Of a stretch of 64,000 nt of DNA, positions 39,401-55,730 are shown in pieces (the stretch's first letter is position 1; each line of letters opens with the position of its first letter). Where the stretch lies: contig OZ024743.1 of assembly GCA_964016885.1 (NCBI GenBank), forward strand, positions 170,748,001 to 170,812,000. The letters are read 5' to 3'. The notes under the pieces were generated by a model, which did not search any database, had not been told where the DNA came from, and saw only the letters and a list, made by a program, of their open reading frames with translations. Origin of the DNA: Eledone cirrhosa (lineage: Eukaryota). Both the position numbers and the translations under genes were made by a program.

Positions 39401-41430
39401 GGTGGGAGAGGCGCAGACATGCACCATTCCAGACAGATCCATCCAGGACAACCTCCATCTCATAGAGAGGGTTGTTAAAGAACCTGGCACGGGTGGAGCC
39501 CTGATCAACTTGGATCAATCTAAAACATTTGAGAGGGTCAACCACCAGTACCTGGCTGTGGTCCTCGAGGCGGCCGGCTTCAAGCCCGTTTTAGGGGCTG
39601 GATCGCTGCGATGCACAGCAACATCTGCTCGATTGAATGGTCACCTGTCGCAACATTTTAGCATCATGCGCTCAGTCTACCAGGGTTGTCCCCTCTCGTC
39701 CCTCTTGTACGTATAGGCCCTTGGGCCGTTACTGCACAAATTGGAGATGATGAGGGGGGTCCCATGCGAAATGAGATGCGGGAGATCCGTGGTCGGCTTA
39801 CGCTGACGATGTCACCGTCGTGGTGAGAAGCACCAAACATGTCCAGATGCTCGGCACCGCTCTCAAGGAATATAAACCGGTGACAGGAGCAAAGATAAAC
39901 CAGGAAAAGTCGGTGGGCTTGCAACTCGGCACCTGGCGAGGCAAGTCTATGCTGTCCGACAGCGTCGTGGGGGCGCTGGACGGAAGGACCAGTTAAATTG
40001 CTCGGGGTCTGGTTTGGTCCGGACCTCCAGATGGAGAAAAACTGGAGCGAGGTGACGAACAGGGTGGCCTCTCTCACCCAGAAATGGGTCGAGAGGAGGC
40101 TGTCTCTGAAAGGTGGGACGGAGGTGGCGAATGCGTACATGCTACTTCCTGACCGTTGTACCTTGCCCACGCTCAACTCTAACCAAAATTGAGCGCCTTC
40201 TCTTCCGCTTTTTGTGGAAGTGACGTGCTCCCATGGTCAGACGATCCATCTGCTATCAGCACCCGTTGCTTGGAGGACTGGGCATGCCGTTGCTGATGAT
40301 GCGAAAACATGCTCTGCGGCTACGACCTGTCTGGTGCTTCTTTGACGGTGAACAGGTGTGGTCGCCGTTTGCCAGACACGCTTTTCCCCAGCTCGTCTCC
40401 TTGACAGAGCTGCAGTCCTGGATCAGGAAAAGACCAAGGAATAGCGCTTGGAAGCTGGAATGTCTCCAAGCGCTCACTGCCCTCTACCAGCTGGGCACTG
40501 ATATCGGTGGAACTTCCACCTCGGCGTTCTATAGAGGGCTATTGGAGGGGAAGAGCGACAAGGTTCTCGGGGAGACCTTGGGCGTCGAAGACGATCAGGT
40601 GTTCGCTCTCTTCATGAGAACTTTCAGCCCGGGGCCTATCGACAACTTCCAGAAATCCCTGGCCTGGCAGTGCTACTGGGCAGCGTTGCCAGTTCGGGAT
40701 AAGCTCTACAGGCACGGAGGTGCTGTCAGCCGAGCCTGTCCAAGATGTGCACAGGGCTACGAAACTGTCTTGCACACACTCATTCACTACCCGAGAATTG
40801 CTGACTTGTGGGGCTATGTCGAACAGTTGCTGTCACATGTAGGACGGATCCGGTTATCGACTGAGTCCATTGTGCAGATAACACCGCCATCCTCCTTTAA
40901 AGAGGAGGAAGGGCAGGCAGTTTTCATCTGCCTGGTTGCCATGGCAAAAGAGATTGTGTGGTGGACAAGATTGAAAGGGTTGAAGACGGACACTTTCCTC
41001 TCCGGCCAATCCCTGAATAACTTTTTCAAGTTTTTCTTAAACAGGAAAATCAGGGTGGAGATGCAAGTGCAGTTTTCTAGTAAGTTTGTTGAAAGGTGGC
41101 TGAAAGTGGCAAGTCTGGTCCGAGTGAACGGGCCCGCTCTGAGTATGTGCCTGTAGTCTGTGGGGTGGGAAAACTGAGAGAGGGACTGGTGTTTGGGGTG
41201 ACTATGGTCTTTTGTGTGGTTTACGCCATGAGTGACCCTCGGAAGTTTCCCCCCTATTTGGGAATTTTTGTTGTTTGAATTTTTTTGATATTTCTATCTT
41301 CTTGTTATAACCTTTTTTACACGGCCAAAACCCACTTTGTATCGTCCTGTACTGTTCTGTCCTGCCTGTAATGTTTTTCTTCGTGTTAGCCCTTGTGGCC
41401 AATAAAGAAACCATTATTATTATTATTGTT
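36467..41430 (+). mobile_element. Near full-length Tx1/L1-clade LINE, disabled (ORF1 CCHC; ORF2 APE-RT-zinc finger)
   Basis: ORF1 CYLCGSKGHLRAFC; APE SINVRGL, SET, VYAP, GDWN, SYLDR; RT RPITLL, QGCPLS, YADD; CPRC...ETVLH; AATAAA plus (ATT)n tail at ~41401-41428. Confidence 0.9.
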
Positions 41431-41529
41431 CTTTGAGTCTCAGTCATTGATGTTATTTAACTGGAAAGTTTGTTGAAATGAATATCAAGCCGCTACCTGC
41501 AGCCTCAGATATTCAGGACGTATCGGAGG

Positions 41530-42125
41530 GTTCTTGCTGTTCCCATCAAGCATGCTTTTGAAGTGTTCCAAAAAGCGGGGCTGGACTAACTTGCTTTAAC
41601 CATCCTTGGAAAATCTTTGAGATAGTACCTAGTGCGCCTATGACAATCGGAACGACTCTGACTTCATGGCAGTTCCAAATCCTTTTTACCTCCCACTTTA
41701 AGTCCTGCTATCGGTTAATTTTCTCCCTCTCCTTTTCTTGTACTCTCGTGTCAAATGGGCAGGCTACATTTACAATCAGGCACGATCTTTTTTCCTTGTC
41801 CAAAACCTCCAGGTCAAGCCTATTGTGTTCCAGTTTATTATCCGTCTGTATCCTAAAATTCCATAGCACCTTCATCTGATCGTTTTCTATCACCGACTCT
41901 GGCTTATGCTCATACCACTTCTCAGAATGTGGTAAATTGTTTACTTTGCATAGGTGCCAGTGGATCACCCTGCCCATCACATCATGTCTCCAGCCTTTAT
42001 AGTGAGTCTGGGCTAGGTGTTTACACTTGGATACAATGTGAGCCACAGTCTCCATCTCTCTCCACAGATCCTACACAGTGGGCTAGTCTCCTCCTTGTAA
42101 ATATGGTGTTTCACCCACTTCGTTT
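41530..42125 (-). mobile_element. R4/Dong-like RLE retrotransposon C-terminal fragment
   Basis: ETVAHIVSKC...RHD...WNFRIQTD...HNRLDL...NVACPFD...EK. Confidence 0.85.
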
Positions 42126-43029
42126 TGAGTGCCCCCTATTCTATGATAGAATTGGCCGACTCCGCTTTTTATAGCAGATGTGCTAGACCCCAGATATTTG
42201 CTTTCTTATCTGATTGCTGCCCCATTTCCGTGATTTCTAGATTTCTTAGTGGTATCTCTGCTTTAGTTTCTCGTATATCAGTATTTTTTTTTGGGGGGGG
42301 GGGGGGGGGGGGGGGTCTGAATTAATTGTTCGTATTAAATTTTTCGTATTAGTTTTTCATATATATCGTTCGAGCATTTATGTTTCTTTATTAGAATGCA
42401 TGTATTGTAGCGGTACTCTTATATATCGTATTAGTATTCATTTTCGGGATTCTGAATTATCATTTCGTATTAGTTTCGGGACTCTGAATTATTATTTCCT
42501 ATTAGTTTTTTTTTTAATTTTTTTTTTTAGTATTTTGGCCCCCTACTTGTTGACCTGTCATTGTAAGATAGATTTGGCCGATTACTACTAACTCATAAAA
42601 TTCTTTCACTACAATCTCGTATTTAGTATTCCGTCCCACCTATTAAACTTTTCTATAGTTTAGCAGTACCAGTGAGAGATTTGATGATTGTGGTAGGGGA
42701 ATAGTAACCAGAAATTGTGTTTTTTTATATTTTTAATATTCTTATATTTTTCTATATATTTACTCCATATAGATTTACTTATTGTTTCGACTTCCTCTCC
42801 CCCCCCCATCCCCCTCTCTAGTATACTTCTCTCGACCTCTTATCCTTAGGATTCTGCTGTAGTTGTCACTTTCAACGCACAACTGGGTTTCCTCCACTCC
42901 CTCTCCCTCTTTCTTCTACTGGCAAGTTCAGATACCCCTTCCTTCCACAAAATGCCATGATAGAATTGTGTCTCAACAACAAACTTTTGACCAATCCTTG
43001 TGACAATCACTTTTACCATATATGGAATT

Positions 43030-43126
43030 ACCCCCCTGAGAAGCTCGGCTATTCATTTACCAGGATAAACATTTTCATTTAGTCCAGAATTAGCCGTCGA
43101 AACGGCTTGAGCTCAGCCGTCGGGGT
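43030..43126 (+). ncRNA. Type I hammerhead-like ribozyme with GUC cleavage triplet and variant core
   Basis: acccc(c)-CUGAGAA-g.cggcta...tagccg.c-GAAA-cggct(tgagctc)agccg-UC-ggggt. Confidence 0.6.
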
Positions 43127-43975
43127 CCTACTCGTTCCTATATATATATATATATATAATTGCTTGTTTGTTGGTCTGTTTGTTACCAATGCATTCAAAG
43201 CCCAGTAAACCAATCATGCCCAAACTTGACATGAAAGGTCCTTAGACTCAGCTATAGGTTGTCCTCAAACTTGGACCTATATTGTTTTAAGGTACAAGTG
43301 ATACCTTCTACATTATCAACGCATTCTCTCTTTCTCTCCCCTCACACACTCTCTCTCTCTCTATATATATATATAAACAAGAAGTGTAAGTCAACAGGGT
43401 AAAATTAGCTTCATTCATTCATATTCGCTGCTATATATATTTCAGTGACAATAAGAACTTGATATTTCAGACAATAAGAACTTGAACAGAAAAAAACTGG
43501 AAAACATAATGTTATAATGGATTTTACCTTGTTAATTCATTGATATGCTCAGCTCCAATGTGTGGTGTTAGTTTTCTAAGGAACTGAAAGCATATGATTT
43601 AGAATGAACGAATTTCAGCGTCCAAAGGATATGCTATCACTTCATTGGTCAGATATCGTACCTCCTCCCAGCCGAAAGTCTATTGAAATTCTTCAGTCAG
43701 TTCTCCTAAAAACAGGTCAGCCTGTTAGGATTGCTTTTAACTGCATGTATGTTCTGGTCCGATGAACCTACTTCCCTGTAGTGGTAGTGGTAATGGTGTG
43801 AGCAGGTCAGTTAGCCAGTCAACTACAATCCCCTGTTGTGTTGTCAAGGAAGAACTTATGTAGGTAAACTGATATGGGTTCTTCTCCATACCACTTGGTC
43901 TTATAGTGGGAGATGCTATAAATGTATATTAAAACAAATACGTGTTAAAATCTAGAAGTGTAAAGAATCCTAATC

Positions 43976-44011
<36 letters not shown>

Positions 44012-44637
44012 ATGTGTATATATATATATATATATATATCTTATATATAATGATCAGAGGACTGCGAGACTATGTCAGAAATATTTTTTCTGAACACGTT
44101 ACTTATAGAAGTTCGATTACTTTGAATAAATCATGAATGAATATTATGTAATTTATCTATTAAATGTCGTAGCCTTTCATTAAACATAAATATTCTTATA
44201 TATAATGTATTTCTTATTTTAAGATTCACTTCTTTAAAAAATTTTAAATATCAACACTTCCAGTTAACGTTCATTATATCATAACACTTTGCTGTATGCT
44301 ATATCACATTGCTTATATAAGCATTCATATATTTGCATCATTATATAATGTTTATATTTCCATCACTAATTTTCTCCTTTTTCGTTTTCATAACATTTCA
44401 CCATAATGCCGTTTATATATGATATTGTATTTTTTAAATGTATCATGGATTACTTTACTGATGATAGAAGAGAATGTAACAGTCTCCCTTCAATTTCTGT
44501 GCATATTGTCAATTACAATTTTATTTGATGTATCATATCTACATGCATATATATTTGCATATAATATCAATATGCACACTACACATGCTAGCAGAAAACC
44601 ACCCGAATGGTGGTTTTTCTGCTAGTATATATAAGTG

Positions 44638-44705
<68 letters not shown>

Positions 44706-44707
44706 CT

Positions 44708-46255
44708 TCGGAGATAGTTGCTGAGATGTTGAAGGCATCTGGAATGGTGGGACATACTATGGTCACTCGTATAGTTAACCAAGTAATACAGAATGGGGTC
44801 ATACCAAAAGACTGGCATAGCAGCATCATCAATAACTGCTACAAGGGTAAAGGAGATGCTCTAGATAGAGGAAACTATAGAGGCATTAAGTTAGTTGACC
44901 AGGTCATGAAGGTCACAGAAAGAATTATAGCGCAACCAATCAGAGAGCGAATTGATCTAGATGAAATGCAGTTTGGGTTTGTGTCAGTTAAAAGTACCAC
45001 AGACGCTCTTTTCTTTGTACGACAACTACAAGAGAAGTACCTAGCTAAAAGTAAACCCCTCTACTTAGCTTTTGTAGACCTGGAGAAAGCCTTTGACAGA
45101 GTCCCCCCGCTCCATTATCTGGTGGGCTCTTAGAAAACTAGGTGTAGATGAGTGGCTTGTGAGAGCTATACAAGCTATGTGTAAGGAAACAGTCAGTAAC
45201 GTTAGAATTAACAATGAATATTGTGAAGAATTTAGTGTAAAGGTTGGTGTTCACCAAGGTTCTGTCCTTAGCCCCTTCCTATTTATTATTGCCCTTCAGG
45301 CTATAACAGAGAAGTTCAAGACCGGCTGCCCATGAGAACTCCTATACGCAGATGATCTAACTCTTATAGCTGAATCTATGGCTGAACTAGAGAAGAAATT
45401 CCAAACATGGAAGCATGGCCCAGAATCAAAAGGCCTTAAAGTTAACTTGTCTAAGACTAAAGTCCTAGTTTGTAGAAAGGAAAATAAGGCACGGGTACCC
45501 TCAGGGAAATGGCCATGCTCAGTGTGTAGGAAAGGAGTAGGCAGAAATTCAATTTTATGTCCCAAATGCAAAGTATGGGTACATAAAAAATGTAGTGGCA
45601 TCACAGGTAAACTATTATATGTGGACGATGCTCAGAATACTAGCTCCTTCTATTGCCCAGATGGTTCTATAGAAATAGTAGACACTTTACGTTACCTGGG
45701 TGAGGAAATCAGCAGTGGTTTCGTACAGTAGCCAGAATCAGAACGGGGTGGAAAAAGTTCAGAGAGCTTATACCACTGTTGGCCACAAAAGGTTTCTCTC
45801 TAAAAATGAAAGGCACATTGTATGATGCTTGTATACGAACAGCAATGCTACATGGCAGTGAGACATGGGCATTACGTGCAGAGGACCTGCGCAGACTGGA
45901 GAGGAACGAAGCATGCATGTTCCGTTGGATGTGTAATAGTAATATACATGAACGGCAAAGCATAAATGAACTAAGTGAGAAATTAGGAATAAGAGGGATC
46001 AGATGCTGTTTACTTGAGAGAAGACTACGTTGATATGGCCACGCGATGCGCAAGAAAGACGACAGCTGTATAAAAAAGTGCGGGGCGATCAAAATTGATG
46101 GTAGTTACGGAGTAGGTAGACCCAGAAAAACCAGGGACGATATGATAAATTCCGACCTTACACACTTGCACCTCTCTAAGACAATGTCACTGGACCGAGA
46201 TCTTTGGCGCTACGTAGTAATACAGAAGACCCGCCTTGCCTATGTACAAAGCGAA
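44708..46255 (+). mobile_element. RTE LINE (second subfamily), 5'-truncated, begins after (TA)n
   Basis: RT motifs in ORFs 44525..45133, 45093..45335 and 45378..45731 (PHD), and LHGSETW. Confidence 0.9.
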
Positions 46256-46659
46256 ACCTACAGTTAGTAGGCACCTCGTAACCAAATATACACCCCAAAC
46301 CACTACCCCTTCCCTATCCTCCCACTCCCACCAACACTACCCTCTCTCTGTAAAATTGGTACCACAACATCCAGTCCAAATAAATGAGATGAGATCGAGA
46401 TCGTGTAGGTGTCACGAGAAAAAAACTCACAGTCCACGCTGTAATGTGGCCGTGTAGGTAACACGGTGAAAAGTTCCCAGTTCCACACTGTAAATGTGGT
46501 TAGTGTTAGGAAGGGCATCCAGCCGTAGAAAACCTGCCAGATAGTCCTATATGAGCGAGACACGGTCACCCGACCAACCTTGCCTCAAATGGGACAACTC
46601 CCTACTAACCCATGGTAGCGTGGAAAATGGACGTTAAATGAAGATGATGATGATGATGA

Positions 46660-46723
<64 letters not shown>

Positions 46724-47426
46724 TATTTTAATTAGTATTTTTCAATCTAGCTAACTTGGTCATTTGCAATGAGAACACATGTATACTTGTATCAGTGTTT
46801 ATCCCTATCATATATTCATTTGTATTACACGGCTCGGAAATATTCCTTTCTTTGAGCTATTTAATTGTAAAAGACTATTTTGAGTTTATAACTCTATATA
46901 TAATATATATATATATATATTCAGAGCCACATCTGACGGGATGACGGAGTTCTTTCAGATACTGGATGGAGTGCTCCAGGGAGACACATTGGCTCCCTAA
47001 CTTTTTACCATCGCAGTGGACTATTGTATGCGCCTTGCACTGGAGAAACACCAGGACTCAGGCTTTACTGTAACACTGGCTCAGAACAGGAGAGTTAAGG
47101 CTAAAAAGATATCAGATGCTGAATATGCTGACGACATAATTCTGATGACAAATACAATGAAGGAGGCAGAAGAGTTGATGCAGGAGGTGGAGACTGTGTC
47201 AATGAGTGGTGGAGAGGAAGAGCAATACCTTTGCGGCATGTCACAGTTTGAGGTTGGTGAGGAAGTCAGACCTTCGTAAAGACCTGAAGATCCGTCTCTT
47301 GATTACTACAATGGAATCTATGCTGCTGTACAGGTCTCAGATGGTTAATGGGTGTTATACGAGAATGCTAAGGATGGTTCTGAACATTAATAAGTATACA
47401 CTGAAGATGAAGAACCCAGCTCGAAA

Positions 47427-49776
<2,350 letters not shown>

Positions 49777-50060
49777 TTTTTTTTTGTTTTTTGTTGTTTT
49801 TTTTTACCTGGGTGTTGTCACAAAACCTTTCTAGGAGAGGGAAACTCTGAAAAAAAACCTGCTTCGGAAGCATCCGATGATGCTGACCAGTTCTCCTTTT
49901 CGGGTAGTGTTTTTCGATGCTCAGAGAGTGGGATTGATCGAAAGCACGGCCTTTCCCCAATAAAAAAACCTTCAAAGCACAGGCATTGCTTGTTCAGGAT
50001 ATGTTACAGGTTCGTGTGGCTGGCGGTAACCTTAAAATGAACCAAACTCTATAATATTCT

Positions 50061-50261
<201 letters not shown>

Positions 50262-50360
50262 ATATTGTATATATACAAAATTTAGTACAGCATCAACGAA
50301 GCCATGGTTGCAGCCAAGCTAACGAATGCAGTTTTGGTGTCAGCTAAGCACTTGATAGGG

Positions 50361-50444
50361 TATAACATTACGTAGAGTTATAACATTACGTAGAGGTATA
50401 ACATTACGTAGAGGTATAACATTACCTAGAGTTATAACATTACG
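50361..50444. repeat. 18-bp minisatellite, ~4.7 copies (tataacattacgtagagK)
   Basis: Period of 18 seen directly. Confidence 0.9.
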
Positions 50445-50622
50445 TTTAGACAGCTTTGCAAAATGAAGACAGCGACCGATAGAAGGGCTGCAGTGACCAT
50501 AGCGACGAAAAAGATTGAACTCAGGAAAAATTTGATATATATATGATATATATATAATATAAATATCATATATATATCATATATATATTTATATACATAT
50601 TCACTTCCCACTGCAGACACGG

Positions 50623-51177
50623 ATGGCCAACATAATCCCATCTCCCTCACCCCTCCCTGTGCTTCCAACCCATCCCTTCCACCCAACCAACGAAATCCAA
50701 AACTTCAGAGTTGGTACCATGAATGTAGGCACTTTGAAAGGTCGCTCAAGTGAGGTTGTAGAGATGCTTGAACGTAAGGAAGTTGATGTTTGTTGTGTTC
50801 AAGAGACTATGTGGAGGGATGGGTCTGCTAGATACATTGTGGGCCGGGTGGAGTAGGAATCATGTTAGCAGAAAAATGGGTAGATAAGGTAATTGCCGTA
50901 AATAGACTGAATGACAGAATAATTAAAATAAGACTAGTCCTAAATAGAACTACTCTGACAATAACATCCGCTTATTCACCCCAATCTGGCCTACCTGACG
51001 TTATAAAATACAGGTCCTATGAGACGCTAATGCTCACTACCTCCCAAATAACCAATAGTAACTGCATAATTATTGCTGGCAACCTAAATGGTCATGTTGG
51101 ACAACATTGTGATGGCTATGACGGAGTCCATGGAGGCTATGGGTTTGGTACTAGAACTGAGGAAAGCTTCAGAATCC
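50623..51177 (+). mobile_element. RTE 5' portion (APE endonuclease)
   Basis: RVGTMNVGTL, CCVQET, SAYSPQ, AGNLNGHVG, HGGYGFG. Confidence 0.85.
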
Positions 51178-51927
51178 TGCAACTGGCAGCAGAACGGGAG
51201 AATTCCCAATTCTGTGACCAAGGGCATAGTCACACTAGTCAGGAAGGACGAGAATAAGGGGGGGGTGACATAGGCAATTTCCGGCCCATAACTCTACTAA
51301 ATACAGAGTTACAGATTTTGGCCAAGGTGTTGGCAAAGAGGCTGGCACTTGTCGTCGAAAAACTGGTGGGAAAAGCGCAGATATGCGCAATCCCACCAGG
51401 TCCATACACGACAACCTCCACCTCATGCGATACATCAGAGAGAGGGTAGGGTGTAAACCCAGCTTCGGTGGGGCTCTGATCAACTTGGATCAGTCTAAGG
51501 CTTTCGATCGGGTTGACCATCGTTACTTAGATGCGGTGCTCGAGGTAGCAAGCTTCAGACCCGTGTTCAGGGGCAATACACAACAGCAACATCTGCTCAA
51601 GGGTCAAGGTGAATGGCTACCTCTCGGAGCCATTCCATATCACGCGATCCATCCGACAGGGATGCCCTCTTTCCTCCCTTCTGTACGTACTGACTCTCGA
51701 GCCACTACTGCAGAAGTTGGAGCTATTGCAGGGCATCCCTCTGGAACCGGGACTGCGGAAAGCGGTGTTGGCCTACACCGACGACGTGACAGTAATGGTG
51801 TCGAGCACCTCGCAAATCGAGGAAGTAGGCACCTTACTGAAGGAATATGAAAGGTTCACAGGAGCGAAGCTGAACCGGGACAAGTCCATCGGTTTGCAAC
51901 TCGGATCGTCGAGAGGCAAACCGATAC
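51178..51927 (+). mobile_element. Tx1/L1 RT fragment fused to the RTE APE
   Basis: CNWQQNG, LINLDQSKAFDRV, SIRQGCPLS, YTDD. Confidence 0.85.
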
Positions 51928-54564
51928 CTACTATTTGGATGGCCGTTGACTCTGCTGAGTACCTCCACCCTTTGCTGGGTCTTGTATTTAATCACGCAGG
52001 GTGTCTAACTATAACCCTCCTCACCAAACTAACTTGGTGGTGTTGCTGGTTTAGTTGTCAACGACCTGAACATGAGACAGGTTGTACTGGGCTACATGTT
52101 ACCATATATATATCTGACACACACATAATATATATATATATGTGAGACTGATACACAGCCACTAAAAGAGAAGTTAGACGTCAGGTGTACTTAGTATGCA
52201 GGGGGCTGAGAGTAGGAGGTTTGCCAATGGTCTGCAACGAGAAGATCAGAGACATTGCAAGGCAGTGTGTCAGTGTAAATCAGGATGTTGTTAGAGATGT
52301 GTGTCCGAAATGATGCTGGTGTACTTAGTGTCATTGATGATCAGGAAAAGGAGGCCTGGAAATGTCATTATGAGAGACTGATGAATGTGGAGTACGAATG
52401 GGGAGAGAGAGAAACTACCCCCAGTAGACCCGACAGAGAGACCAGCTATTGAGATTGATGACTATAGGGTCAAAGAGGCAATTAAGGAAATGAAAAGTGA
52501 TAAGGCTGCTGAAGGCATCAGAAGTAGGAACTAAACTGGTTGCATGCATCGTCAATCAAACTATGTATGGCGGAGTCATATCCAAGGACTGGTGCAGCAG
52601 TATTCTCATAAATTGCTACAAAGGTAAAGGGGATGCTCTGGAGAAGAGCAATTATAGGGGCATAAAACTGATGGATCAGGTTATGAAAGTGGCAGAGAGA
52701 CTATTAGCGCAACTGATTAGAGAAAGGGTCAAACTAGATGAGATGCAGTTTGGTTTTGTGTCTGGGAAGAGTACAACAGATGCCCTCTTCTTGGTGAGAC
52801 AATTTCAAGAGAGGTTCTTAGAGAAGAATAAGCCACTATACTTATCTTTTGTTGACCTAGAGAAGGCCTTTGATAGGGTACTCCGATCTGTCATCTGGTG
52901 GTCCCTAAGGAAACTAGGTGTTGAGGAATGGCTTGTGAGGACAGTGCAAACTTTGTACAGAGGTGCTGTCAGTAAAGTGAGCGTAGGAATGGCGTTTAGT
53001 GAGGAATTCCAGATACAAGTAGGGGTACATCAGGCTTCTATTGTTCATTATTGTCCTCCAAGCCATAACAGAGGAATTTATGACTGGCTGCCTATGGGAA
53101 ATTCTCTATGCTGGTATAAGAGAATAAATATAGAGAATAAATTCTGGCTACGGAAACAGCAGTTGGAATCAAGAGGACTGAGAGTGAACCTAGGTAAGAC
53201 TAAAGTGTTGATAATTAGAAATGAGGACAAAACTCTGATTCCACCAGGGAAATGGCCATGTTCAATATGTAGAAAATGAGTTGGCATAAATTCTATAAAA
53301 TGTACACAATTCAGATCTTGGGTACACAAGAATGTAGTGGGATAATAGGCAAACTGACAGGTAGGGAAAACTACATATGCAGTAGATGTACAGGGAAATT
53401 TGACAGTCGAAGTCGCAGTGATAGACACATTTTTCAAATGCAGGTAGGATCTATAGAGGTGGTTGATAGCTTCCGATACCTGGGTGATCAGATTAGCAAT
53501 GGAGGACGTTGCTCCGAGGCTATAGTATCTAGAATAAGGATGGGATGGAAGAAGTTTATGAGCTGCTTCCTCTGTTGACAAAGAAGTGTTTCTCCCTGCG
53601 AACGAAAGGCCGGTTATATGATGCCTGGTAGTGAGGCATGGGCAGCAACTGAAGAGAAATGAAGCAGCATGCTCCGTTGGATGTGCAATGTTAATGTGCG
53701 TGAATGACTAAGCATGGATGAGTTGAGAGAGAAACTGCGTATAAGAGGGATAAGTTGTAGTGTGCGGGAGAGAAGACTGCGATGCGTATGGAGGATGACG
53801 GCTGGGTAAAGAAGTGCCAAGAAGTCCCAGTGGAGGGAAGACGCAGTAGAGGAAGATCACGAAAAACATGGGTTGAAGTGCTGTGCTGAATAGGATCCGT
53901 CCAACCCTTGCAAGCAAGGAAAAGTGGACATAAAATGGTGATGATGATGATGATGATATATATAAAGGCAATTATAAATTGTTTTTTGTTGATCAAGATT
54001 TACACACAATCCTGAACACATCGTTAATAATTAAAGTATTGATTGGAACCCCTCTCTTCAGATCTACATCACTGTGCCTTTCGTTTCTTGTCCTTCGATG
54101 GTAATCGATTTTTTCCATATTTTCTAATAAGGGGTCTAAGGGAGGTAACCCACATATACATGTTTTTAACATTAATTTATACAAAGCTAGATTCAGTATA
54201 TGTATGTCTAATTGTAATTCTCAGGGAGATTCAGCATATGTATGCTTAATTATAATTTTCAAGGATATTCAGTAAGAAACTTTGTCTGACAAGGATGAAT
54301 ATTGCACATACTGACATATCTAGAGCAGGTAAAATTCCCGACATCCATGGAAAAGTTCTCTCCAGCAGTCTCTGTCCTTCATCATCGCTGCCATGTCCTG
54401 AATCTCCTAAAGACCAGTGTCTGTCCTACGGCATCAACATATGTCATCCTTGGTCTCCCTCTTCCAGTGTATCTCTGTAAAGGTTCACACAGGAGCACTG
54501 AGTGCAGTGTCAACTCGGAATGTCGGTGAGCATGTCCAGCTAACCCCAGTCTCCTCTGTGTTAC
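51928..54564 (+). repeat. Right arm of inverted segmental duplication (contains RTE copy 52145-53960)
   Basis: Mirror of 47427-49776, plus ~445 bp (54043-54487) absent from the left arm. Confidence 0.92.
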
Positions 54565-54589
54565 CTTCTTCCTCGTGAGGCACCATCAT

Positions 54590-55730
54590 AAGAAGTACCT
54601 AGCTACATGGCATTTGTTGACCCGAAGAAAGCTTTTGATAGAGTTCCCTGTTCTATTATCTGGTGGGCTCTTAGAAAACTAGGAGTAGATGAGTGGCTTG
54701 TGAGAGCTATACAAGTCATGTATAGAGCAACAGTCAGCAAGGTCAGAATTAATAATGACTATAGTGAAGAATTTAACATGCAGGACAGTGTCCATCAGGG
54801 TTCGGTTCTTAGCTCTCTCCTGTTAAATATCATACTGCAGGTTATAACAGAAGAGTTTAATAGTGACTGCCCATGGGAACTTCTGTATGCAGATGACCTA
54901 ATCCTTATAACTGAATCTATGGCAGAATTAGAGAAGAAATTAAAAACATGGAAGCATAGCCTAGAATCAAAAGGTCTTAAAGTTAACTTGTCAAAGTCAA
55001 AGTTCTATTGCTTCAGGAAAATGACCTTCCTCAGTGCGCAGGAAAAGAGTAGGTAGAAATTTCATCCTATGTCCCAAATGCAAACTATGGGTACACAAGA
55101 GATGTAATGATATCTCAAGCAGGCTAGCAGAGAACATAGGTTTTACATGTGCCTGATGTGCAGGTGCACAATGTAGCAACAGCCAACAAGATACTAGTTC
55201 TTTCATATGCCCAGAGGACTCTGTAAAAGTAGTACATAGTTTCTGATACCTAGATGACCAAATTAACAGTGGGGGAGGTTGTTCTGAAAGTACAATAGCT
55301 AGAGTGAGAATGGGTTGGGGAAAGTTCAGGGGCTACTAATACTCCTACCTACAAAAGCTTTTCCCCCTCAAAATGAAGGGCAGATTGTATGGCATGGGAG
55401 TGAGACCTGGGTCCTCTGTACAGAGGATCTGCAAAAATTGGAAATAAATGAATGACAAAGCATAAATGAACTGAGAGAGAAACTGGGCAGGAGAGGAGAT
55501 TGCACTGATATGGACATGTGATGCATATAAAGGATGACCTCTGTATAAAAAGGTGCAGAGCGTTCAAAGTTGATGGAAGCTATGGAGTAGGAAGACCTAA
55601 GAAGACTTGGGATAAGGTGATAAAAGCTGACCTTGCAAAATCGCACCTATCAAAAGTGATGACACAGGACCGTGATCTCTGGCACTATGCAGTAATACAG
55701 AACACCTGCCTTCCCATGTGCACAGTTTGA
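54590..55730 (+). mobile_element. Degenerate RTE LINE
   Basis: AFVDPKKAFDRVP, HQGSVLS, LLYADDL. Confidence 0.85.

Noticed and set aside
43610-43720. Possible plus-strand exon RPKDMLSLHWSDIVPPP...
   Set aside because: Weak polypyrimidine tract and no recognisable homology or partner exons.
50361-50444. CRISPR-like or loxP-like 18-mer array
   Set aside because: No unique spacers, no cas genes, no inverted half-sites; an ordinary minisatellite.
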